Below, piece after piece: positions 52,854 through 64,000 of a stretch of DNA of 64,000 nucleotides (position 1 is its first letter; each line of letters begins with the position of its first letter). The notes under the pieces are model-generated. The model saw nothing but the letters and a program-made list of their open reading frames with translations, had not been told where the DNA came from and did not search any database. A program made the translations under genes and the position numbers. The stretch is from Hormiphora californensis (Eukaryota > Animalia > Ctenophora), in assembly GCA_020137815.1 (NCBI GenBank), contig CM035351.1:4774001-4838000 (forward strand), given 5' to 3'.

Positions 52854-52926
52854 GAGTACGAGAGAGAGAGAGAGAGAGGAGAGAGAGAAAGAAAAGAGAA
52901 AGGAGAGAGAGAGAGAGAGAGGAGAG

Positions 52927-53001
<75 letters not shown>

Positions 53002-55147
53002 TATCTTTACTCATTTCCTGACCATCATCCTGCACGAATGTAGCTGCAACACAGTTCAACTCAGCTCTGTTTGCCTTTGCACAAATACCGTTCAAACTGT
53101 CTGACACTCTCTCTGTCTCTTGCTTCTTTTTGTTTCTTTTTGTTTCTTCTCGTCACGTTTCGCATTCACCAGCTTTTTCCCACTCCTACAGCTGCTGCTA
53201 GAACAGTGTGAACGCATGGTTTTAGCCTGTCAATACAAACCTTGTCTAATTCTTTCCTTTTTCTCCTCGTTCTTTTTTTGCATACGAACGACACATATGT
53301 ATTATATGGCACTAACTGTAACTGTAAACTAAATCCTTCACTTTTGTTACTTCCGTTTTGGTTTCTCTCCTCCCCTTCCGCTTAACATCAAGCCCTGTTC
53401 TACATACCGAAAATAAATCCACTTTTCGGTTCAACATGCACATACACATTTGTGTCACTATGTATGTCTGTGTGTGTGTGAGGGTGTTTATGAATAATCC
53501 CGACTGTACAAGCAGAGTACGGTACGAGCTTTACACGTACTATATATTCGCCCCTTTGCAGCTGTGTTGTATGTGTTTGTGTTTTTGTAGTTGTTGATTA
53601 TAGTATAACGTTATATAGTATTTTAACTGCTCGTACCTGTTTTTTTATGGAAAAGAGGGTCTGGACGAGTTGAGCTAGGACAAATGGTAGACCACCATAA
53701 AGTACTGTATAACACATCGGCCTCAAACCTCACTCGCTACACACTTGATTACGATTAGATTGTAATACAGAGAGAGATAGAGACATGTTCAGGGTGAGAG
53801 TGAGAGGGACATGTCTTGGGTGAGAGAGGGAGTACGAGAGACACCGAGGGGATTAGAGACACTATAATACACAGATCTATCGTGTACATGTGAGGATGTT
53901 TGTACAGTGGCCCAGTTCATCACGTCTTCGAACTAATCAAATCAGTAGAGAGAATGAAAGGAATTAGGGCCAGGGAGGGGGCTAATGAATAACAATGTGA
54001 TATGACGTGTGACGTAGTAAATTCGGTTCCAGGGAGTTCAACTGTTTTAATTAGTGGTTGCCGCGGTTTAGAGGGGGTTCATCGTCACCATATTGTTCTG
54101 TGGGTTTATAGCTACTGCTAATACCAGTAAAATAAATTGGTGGTCGGCGCTAGGTACCACTAATCTGTGACGTCAATCTCTTCCCCCTCTACTGAATCTT
54201 TTGACTTTTCTTCGTATTTCCCCCTCTACTGAATCTTTTCTCGTATTTTTCACGGATTATCGCTCTCTATCATTCTCCCTTTTTTTCCCCGGCTCTAAGA
54301 AGAAGGTAGGGTGATTGGATGATACCCACCCGGAAGCAAAAGGCTATTAGCACGGTTCCTACTTATTTCAAGTGAGAAGTAACAGCTCGGAGGGTGATGG
54401 AGGAGGATGATGATCATTACGGCTTGAGTAATCAAATTACCACGGTAGTCCTCTAACTATCTGCTATTTTAGAGATGCAAGAGGTAGCACACTCTCTCAG
54501 CCAATTTACCATGGGAGAGAGATAGAGCTGACTAACCATAATTACTTTTTCCCACTACTGCTGCAGTGCTCATTTGCCATATGTGCTGTCGGGAGTTGCG
54601 ATATATAACGTTGTGCGTTGATGTACCGGGTTAGACGGCTGATAGAGTACCGGGCAGGTTCTTATGGGGCTTCTCTCTCCAGTGAGCTATGTTTGGGGTG
54701 AATTTTAACTAAAAATAGTCCGTGAATCGGTGAATTTTAACCAAAATAGCACTTTTATTTGCAGCATTATCCCCTGAAATAGGACAATCACACAGTACAG
54801 TTCTGGTAAAGCGCTATATTTGTGTGGGTGAACCCTGCCAATTTGTCACTGTTAAATTCTCCCTCCCTAACACTGCTGAGCTGCAGAACGTTTACTGGAG
54901 ACTTGGTTAATATATATTTCCCTTTCCAAGCTCGTCTGAGCAAATTAGACAAACCACAAACTCGAAAAAGGGCTTTTTTAATTCCCGTTAATCCAACTTA
55001 GAGCTTGTATCGTGGTTTAGCAGATGCTGTAAAAGTGATGTCACTTTCACTTCTGCAGTGAATAGTGCAATATAGCTGTCTAGCCCAATGTGGTGTACTG
55101 ACAGTCTCTTTCTCCCTCCCTTCTTGTCAATTTACTACAACTCTGTA

Positions 55148-55182
<35 letters not shown>

Positions 55183-56661
55183 CCCCCCTCTCTCTCTCTC
55201 TCTCTCTTTTCCCCTCCTTTTCTTCTCTTCTCTCTCTCTCTCTTCTCTTTCTCTCCTTTTTCTTTCTCTCTCCCCCCCTTTTCTCTCTTTCCTTCTCCTC
55301 CTTCCTCTCTCTCCCTCTTCCCCCCCCCTCCCCTTCCCCCCCCCACCCTCTCCCCTTGACGTCGTGTGCAGGAGTGCGCCGACTAAATTAGATTATATCA
55401 GACTCTCTTAGTCAGCTAGATCTACCCCTCCTTTGCTCTTCCAAGCTATCCTGCTGCTGCTGCCTGTGATGGTAGAATATATGTGTGTGGTGGGATGTAT
55501 GTACCTCTTGACTCAGTAGAGGGCGGCCAGTTTTACTCTCGCTTTGTAGGGATCTTCCCCTTTGACTGACATGGGGCTGCTAAAATTCCCACCTTTAATA
55601 AATTCTCTCCTCCCTCTCTTTCTTCTACTTTATTTTTGTCTTCGTGCCTCGAGTTGATCTAGCAGAATTGTCACGCTAGAACTCCTTTCGAAAAAGGTTA
55701 CAATAGGGAAAGGGGAAGAATGCGGAAAGCCGACCTTAGAAGAAGGAGGAGCGGGGCAGGGAGGAAACAATCGGATTCTGGAAACCCTAAAAATCGTAAA
55801 TGATGGGGGTTTTGTTTAGTCTATCCGCTATCGACGTGGTACCTGGGGAATGTAATTGAGTAGTGGTTGCCTGAACTTACCCCTTCTCAAGATGTGAGAG
55901 ATGCCCTGCGAATGCCGGAGTCTAGGCCTAGGTTAGTAATGCTGTAACACATAAAACACATAATGAATATGATATGAGCAATGAATGGTTCTCTCGGGAG
56001 TTGTGCCCTGCGTATGTACAGAAAGGTATTACTGAGATGTGGTAGACACCTGAAATATGATACTATCATAATGATAGAATATGGTTGCCTGAAAAAAGTA
56101 TTGTTAGCGGGTCAGTGATAACTGTTGCAGTAATATGCAATCCTACCCACTCTATGAAAAAGGCACCTCCCGGCTCCCCTTCCCACCCTGACCCATAAAT
56201 GTTTATAAATATATAAACAATAATATAAACAAAACTCTCTCTATAATTTAAACACCGAAGGTCACGTGCCAATGATGCAGTCTAGCAGGCACCTAGGGGG
56301 GCGAACACCGGAAAGGAATAATGGCGGGAAGGAGGGATGAGGAATAAGCAACCAATGACCCGATCCATGATTGAAGCGGAAGGTACGAAGCATGCCTGGC
56401 GCCTGCTATGAAAGTAGGGACTGAGGCAGAGGGAACTGAGGAGAGATCCAGCCTATAAATAAAAACAAAAACCATAGTGGCCGTGGCGAGGGGAAGCATA
56501 TAGAAGCACACACCTCCCAGAAACTGATAAAAAGACCGATGTAGACGGGGTGAAACGGGGAAGCTAACTAGGAATGAGTACTATGGGGAAGAAAATCTAA
56601 GTGCCTACTGACACTATACAGAAGAAATAGAAAGGAAGAAATCATATTCATAATACACTGC

Positions 56662-56807
56662 GTGACTGAGTGATTGACTGAGTGATTGACTGAGTGATAG
56701 ACTAACTGCAACCGACTGACTGACTGACTGACTGACTGACTGACTGACTGACTGACTGACTGACTGACTGACTGACTGACTGACTGACTGACTGACTGAC
56801 TGACTGA
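56662..56807. repeat. (GACT)n tetranucleotide microsatellite with degenerate 12-bp lead-in
   Basis: Directly visible. Confidence 0.95.
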
Positions 56808-57459
56808 GAATAGCTTACTAAGTCGCGACAATCGACATACCTATAAAATAATCTAGAACAATCACAGGGACAGTAACTGACAATAAAAAACGACAGGTTT
56901 ATCTGTTTTGCTGCGAGGGTTGATTGCTGAGTAGGTGTTTCCATCCATTTGCAGTGCTTGAACAGGTAGCCGGATATAGATTTAAGTCCATCAGGTCAAA
57001 ATACACACACACACTTTTCTCTCATACTAGTTTTTATGCACTTCTCACTCAAGGTATCAAATATTACAAGGGGGATAGCGAGAGCCCCCCTTTCCGTTGC
57101 AAACAAAAATTGGCAGTGAAAGAAGTGTGTCAGTTTCCCCTTTCTATCCTGAATATTATATCCCTATTATACACACTCCCTCCTTCTCGCACGGGCTGAT
57201 CTAGCGTACGCTCCACCCCTTTGTCATTCCTTCCGGGGGTCTCCTCCTCTCTCTCTCTTGAACGGTCCCACAATATGTGAAGTTTTCTCTGTTTGGTGTT
57301 TTTTTCAATTGTTCAATTGATTGTTTACTTTTTGACAGCCTATCATTTCAAGTGTCCCTTCTCTCTCTTTCTCTCTTCCACACACCTAAGTTGCATCAGT
57401 CATTATGTACCCATTATCCCGTAAATGGTAATACAGAGGGAGCATGAGGGGTGACAAGC

Positions 57460-57504
<45 letters not shown>

Positions 57505-59222
57505 ACCCGATCTGTACATTCAACATAGTGGCAGGAATATATTTCGCATGGAGGCAGAGGGGGGACCATTCCAGTGAGGTGTAGAAAGATGTTGCGAGAA
57601 TTTGAAACTGCGCTGGGATCTCCGTAAATATATATTAAAAATAACAACTGAGTTTAAACGCGGGTGGTCCGTGAGTGGTATTTTCTCTCTCCTTTATTTT
57701 TGTAAATTCAGAAGCGAGGGCCGAAAGGAATTTGAGATCTCCTAATTTAGGGATCATTTCCCGATCAATTAAGTATTTTTAGATTTGGCAGATACGATCA
57801 GGGATCGAACTGATTTCGATGGAAGAAGAAGAGAGACATAATGATAGGAATAGGAATTAGTGAATGAGGTGGAGAATCGTTGTCATGCGTGCGCCACTAA
57901 TCGAAGCAAATTGTTTATAATTATCGCACTTGATTTGGCTCAAGTTTTCCGAAACACGCATACATCTCTCCCTTCACTATTTTCTCTCCTTCTCCCTTTC
58001 TTTCTCCCTCTCTCTCCCTCCCTATCTTTGTCTCGCCGCTTTCCGACGATTCATTAATAAACACAGCCATTGCGTCTAGAGAAAATCTATTTAATAGCTC
58101 GTGATATACCTATTCTGTTGTTCTTCGGCTGTTGCTGATCTGAGTATCAATATGATGGCATATTTAGATATATATTCGATGGTTTGGGCGTTACCTAGTT
58201 CATATATCATCAGAGTATTATATTTATACCATGTATGTTTATTCAGTGGGTGCAGCAGTTGCAGTGGTCATGGTACTACTCCATCTCTTCCTTCTCCCCA
58301 TGCTTTCTGTTTGTTTGCTCTTGATAATACACACTCACTCCTCCATTGGGGAGGATTTACTATCCAACACTTATTGTTTGTCTTAGAGTGCGAGAGAGAA
58401 AGATAGAGAGTGCGAGAGAGAAAGATAGAGAGTGTGAGTGAGAGGTAGGAAGATAGAGAAGGCTTCATTCGCCATTGGTGGAAATAGAAAGTGAATAAAC
58501 AGTGTCGCCAAAAATCATGTGACCATGAGAAAAAACCCTATAAAGTTTAAAGAGGGAGAGAGAGGGGAAGAGAGAGATGGAGATGGACATCTAGAGATAG
58601 AAAGATAGGCAGAGAGGGAAAGCGGGTGATAGAGCCAAAATAGTACAGGCAATTCTCACAAATTAGCTCGGCGAGTTTTTCTCGCACTTTAGCTCAAATA
58701 GAGCTCCGTTTAAACTTATCCCTGTGACTCACAAATCCACTCTAGGTAGTGGAACTGGCACTAAATCCAGACGCCCGACAGTCTAAGAACAATTGTGACA
58801 GAATTAATAACTCGTGAGAGGGGGGGGGGGTACTACTTGGTATTAACTGTGTGAGAACGTTTAGAAGTAGAACTGTAATACTGGCTTAATTGGGGGATGG
58901 GAAGACAAGAGAGAAGAATAAATAGAGGTGGAGAAAGGTAGTGTGTGTGTGGTGGGGTGTCAGAGTTAGTTTTTCTACACTTAGTGAGCTCTTGCACAAT
59001 TTGTTGTTGAAAGCTTATACGCGTAGTACGTTGCTTGCAGTCATGAGTCAGCTATTGCCATCTCGTTTCCTATCTCTTTTTGCTATCGTACCTGTCTTAT
59101 CTCTATCTCTCTCTCTCTTTCTGTCTTGTTCTTGCATACTTACAGTGCAAATGCAGATCGTATGATGTGTGAAAACTCCCTTTTTCTGTGCAGCTTCTTT
59201 TTCACAACTAACTGTAAACATT

Positions 59223-59406
<184 letters not shown>

Positions 59407-60073
59407 ACACCCTCATTTAGATCATGCTTACCCATTTTATGTCTACGTGATTCTCACACCATGATTTGATAGGGATATGATTTGATATACTCAGGCTGGT
59501 TATATGTCAAAAATAATCCACGACAATTACGACCACTGTTTGAGTTTGCGTCAAGTATAGTGATTCGTTACTTAGCAAATCCTAGCACTACTTTTAGCTC
59601 TTTAATTAGGGTTAATTTGTGTTAAAACTTAGCTCATGAGAAACTTTTTCACTTCTCTTTCAAGTGCATTTTGTATGGCTTTTCCCCCCGCGGCAGTGGT
59701 TATTGGACTTTGTCGTATCTGTTCTCTTTAGAAATTATAATTAGTAATTGAAAGAATTATGTTGCTTAATTACCGTACTATTTCACCGGCCTTCACTGTT
59801 GCATTGGCTGCGTTCAGAGTTTGGAAATAGCTTTCACTGTTTATGTGTGTGGCAAAGTGGTGGTACATGTGCGTAATACAGTGTGTTTTCTATCATTTTT
59901 CTCTCCTTATCACAGAGTCAGCTGCTATCTATTTTAGTTTCCCCCGCTCAACTACCATCCAGTTTCCAAGGTTGCCGTCACTTTTTTCTCATTCCTACTA
60001 ACTATCCCCCTCCAATTATTATCTAGACAACATGTACATTGACTGATAGTTGCTGCGTGTTTCTTGTGACGAT

Positions 60074-61387
60074 ATGCCCTCCTTTCTGTCCTCCAAGAAG
60101 GATGCCTTTTTGAAGGCTACTAAGAGCAAGAAGGCGGAGAAGAAGCGTCCTGAATCTGCATCGTCCCAGAAATCGGAGACCCACTCCACTTCTAGTACAG
60201 CTACAGTTAGACCGATCCAGAGAGAGGAGGCTCCTGCACCTGTAGTTGAGAAGCAGCCGGAACAGCCAATTGACATTATAGATGAGGAGAAGGCCATGGC
60301 TCTGAAACTGGATGGACTCCAATTGAGCATGCCCAAATCCAAGAGTGACACTGGTTTTAATAACTACCATGTCTCTCCGACCCCTCCCATCCACATCACC
60401 CGGACGAACAGCTATGGGGATGTTAAGAACATCCACGCAGTGAAATCCAATCCTCCCACTCCGGTCAGTTTCAATAACTCACCCCGGTGTGACAGTCTAT
60501 CTAGAGGAGACCGCTCCATTGCCATGTCCCGTAACCGACGAGAGGCAACGTACTGCAAGATCTTGTTACGGAATGCGGCCCACCGCCGCTCCAACTCTCG
60601 GTTATCCCAGAAGCTGAGCGGGGAGGTGAGATACCATCGAGATACGGAGACACCAAGTGAGCTGACCTACGTGTCCTCACTGTCATCCTTTGGTAGTATG
60701 AATTCCTTTCAGTCTAACGGATCCCTGAACAGCCATCACCGGGATGAGATAGCCGCAAACAAAGATGCAAACATGGCGAGGGCAATAGCGAAGGATAACA
60801 AAACTAAGATGACTCAACTACTGGTGCTGGCCAGGAGAAGGCAACTTGCCCAAGATGACCTCAGGAGGTTCACTTTAAAGGATGTAGCCGTGTGTGGCAG
60901 TAGGATGGACCGGTCCTTCCTACTCCAAGAGGTGCTACACTACAGTGGGGTTATGTACCCAGTGAAGCTGGTATCCACTGACGACCTGATGTTCCCCAAC
61001 AAGAAACTAGCGATCAAGGTGAATTTGAGTGAGAGAGAGAGGTGTGTGGCATGTTCAGGCATGTCAGTTACATGTGTCATCTTGTTCAGTAGCTGAGTAG
61101 GGGAGGAGTTTTTCCGTGACTTTCTCCTTCCCTTCTGTACGAGTCACGTGGCTGTTGTGTCACATTATCCACGGGTGTCTACTGTCTGGGATAATATACA
61201 GAGAGAGAGGGAGGGGAGAGAGAAATGTATTATATCCACCCTAATTATTTTGCACCTAGGAGAATAGTGAGGGAATATGGAGAGATAGTGAGGAGAGAGA
61301 GTGGAAGGGAGAGATGAGGGTGAGAAAAAACGGAGACAGGGATGAGAAAGTTCTTTGTTGTAACGGTGTGACAGTCTCTTTCTGGCT

Positions 61388-61467
<80 letters not shown>

Positions 61468-61639
61468 CATCCCCCTCTCCTACCCATACACCCCTGCCCA
61501 ACTGATGTACAGTGTCCACCTGTTGCAGTACATAGAGAGAGAGTGTCTATTAGGAATACCGTTTTCCGGGACGTGTGGTTGTGTACGCGGAGCTGCAGAG
61601 AGGAGGGGATCTCAGCTGCTTAGAGGGGTTAGAGTGAGA

Positions 61640-61711
<72 letters not shown>

Positions 61712-61883
61712 CCATGCTCTCTACCACTGTGTACATCCCCCAAGGAAAAGCTCAATGTTATCAATACACGACAACATTATTTGTCAGATATTGCCCTCTA
61801 AACATATCACAAAGAGACCCCCCTCAATTTGTGTCAGTGTGTTCGTTCGTATTTAATGTCACTCACAAAGAGCATGTTTTCAG

Positions 61884-61975
<92 letters not shown>

Positions 61976-62324
61976 CAACAAGGATAACGTCATAGTTTGA
62001 TCCAGTGCTGCTCATGAGATGTAGTGTTCTTTGCACACCGCATTCGATAATGCAGCAGCAGCACTGATTCTGGTCGGTGTATGTTTGTGTGTTCGTGTAC
62101 TGCAGCAGCGGTGGGGGGTCTTTGTGTGTATTTCAGTGTTGATCATCTGACCTCCATCATTTACTGTCTTCTTTATTCCCCCGTATCAACTCCCCCTTTA
62201 ATTTTATTCATCATGCGGTCAATATTTAACTTCCTCTAGCTCGGCCCTGTGAGATTATCAAACTCTCAATTTCCACAATCATCTTCACATGTGATGTTTC
62301 CATATATCTATATTTCTCTCCCTC

Positions 62325-62392
<68 letters not shown>

Positions 62393-63376
62393 TCTCTTAC
62401 CTTGAGGTCACCAGCTGCTTTAACTCATTAGTGTGAGTGTGGTTTGTACATAGTCTCTGGATCAAGAAATGGCTAGGGGGCAAAGGGGCTATATACTATA
62501 CTATACTAGTGAAGAGTCTGTAGAAGAAGAGAAAGAGACTTCACTGAGTTGCATTTATAATGGGGAATTTCATGGAATGGATTATCTCTCAATACACAGT
62601 ACACACACTTGGGGGCTGTTGCTCCAGTGTGATATACATACTTCTCTCTCTCTCTATCTCTCTCTTTCTCTAATTGAGGTGTCGACATTGTCTCTCTTTC
62701 CCCCGGGGAATTCTTCACCCGTACTTCTCCTCTGTGTAGAGCGTACTTGCAACTGTTTAATACTTATGTCCGTGTCATGTTTGTGTGTTAAAATAATTGG
62801 TCAGCTTTCTGGTTTTTTAACTCTCATGCTATGCTGTGACTCACATTTCTCGTACTTTTTTCATCATCGAGTCGGTAACATGTACATCACAAGTATGTGG
62901 TCTTTTTCTCTCTGTGTGTCTCTGTGTGTGTGTCTCTCTCTCTCCCTCTATCTAAAATTTGATGAAAAAGCTTAGTGTGTGGGGGTGGAACCATGAGGGG
63001 AAGAGGGGGTGTTTGGTATTGTGACGCCCCAAATTACCCCTTTGTGTTTCAGATCCAGTGTCCCTCGCAGCAGGAGGCACAACAGAGGATATGTTTCGAG
63101 AACGACTATAAAATCTGTAGCTCTATCCCTCCCCATCCCAACATATCTACTGCGTACGCGAGGTACGTTCGACTACGGTCACAGCTATCAATAACCATTC
63201 GTTACGTGTGACAATTTCAATATCGTTTTCCTACAGTACTGCTGAAAGTGTAATGTTAAATTGTTTCAGGTTTTCTGATAAGATCCCGGAGAATTTACCA
63301 GACTTCCCCTACGAATCGACGGGTGCTACAGCCTTCACCGAATCTACCTTTGTGATATCGGATTTCCTCTCTGAAG
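60074..63376 (+). CDS. PEAK1/PINK1-like (NKF-type) protein kinase, module B plus alphaC/HPN exons; continues past the window end
   Basis: Exon 60074-61018 ends MYPVKLVSTDDLMFPNKKLAIK|GT (beta3 Lys). Exon 63053-63162 reads IQCPSQQEAQQRICFENDYKICSSIPPHPNISTAYAR. Exon 63270-63376 reads FSDKIPENLPDFPYESTGATAFTESTFVISDFLSE. Phases 0,2,1 are consistent; HPNI..F.D.IP..LP resembles the PINK1/PEAK subdomain IV insert. Confidence 0.7.
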
Positions 63377-63712
63377 GTTTGTATTATTCAGCTGTCTCTC
63401 AGTGTCATAACAAACACCTGACACTGTGATCGCAATGAACAATTCAACACGGCAGCGCTGTTGTATAAATCTCAAATTCAAATAAATCTTACTCTTAATC
63501 ATTCTTTACCTCTCTTTGGCTTTCTTACTGGATGCATCTGCAGAGCATACTGGATGTCCCTGGCCCTCTCTTACAGCACATGCCTCACTATATCTAACAC
63601 AAAGCACATGTGATCTCTCGTTTTTATGTCGCAATTTGCAACTTGTCTTCTGAGTAGGGGTGTAATTTTCCAGGAGCAAATCTTTTAACTGTACTCAACA
63701 CGTTGAGTAAAA

Positions 63713-63790
63713 GAATAGGACACAAAATAATAGGACACAAAAGATTAGGACACAAAATAATAGGACACAAAAGATTAGGACACAAAAGAT
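63713..63790. repeat. 15-bp tandem repeat (TAGGACACAAAA(TAA/GAT)) x5
   Basis: Directly visible alternating units. Confidence 0.9.
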
Positions 63791-64000
63791 GCTTCTAGAA
63801 CAGTAGTTGCTTATCATGTTGCTCTACAGTCCTACAGAGAACAGCTGTATGTATAAACAGTCCGGCCAAAGCCTAATTCTTTGTCTCATATAAGACCGTC
63901 CTCTCCGCTACCGGCTACGTGAGGCCGTGTAGCATGCACGATGTTACAGTCAGTGTCTGACAACTAAATCTTTCCAACTCCAGGTAACCTCCGGACGTTT

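Overview
Intron-rich, (AG/CT)n-microsatellite-laden animal genomic DNA. It is most likely a ctenophore (Pleurobrachia-like), inferred from a short CAGGAACCGACCGA-bounded MITE I associate with Pleurobrachia, from nested genes and from splice acceptors just ahead of start codons; this is not verified by search. Host genes reconstructed by hand from splice phases: OSBP (minus strand, continues off the left end) with an antisense intronless MATH-like/BTB gene nested in an intron, intronless CEP44, a 3-exon 65-aa microprotein resembling the N-terminus and TM1 of a class-A GPCR, KANSL1/NSL1 (10 coding exons), and a PEAK1/PINK1-like kinase locus that runs off the right end. The most striking element is a near-intact 5.6-kb CR1/L2-group LINE inside KANSL1 intron 4. 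Its ORF1 fuses an AlkB-type 2OG-Fe(II) dioxygenase to an SGNH esterase. Its ORF2 starts with a multi-hydrophobic leader and a 2A-like NPGP motif ahead of APE and RT. The second highlight is the kinase locus, which holds two paralogous N-terminal modules, one ending at a beta3 Lys (LAIK) and one at Arg (YLAR). Both have phase-0 donors compatible with a single downstream alphaC/HPN exon. Several MITE families, LINE fragments, satellites and a ~1.8-kb homopolymer-run stretch that looks like an assembly artefact are also present. All family assignments come from motif recognition without database searches.
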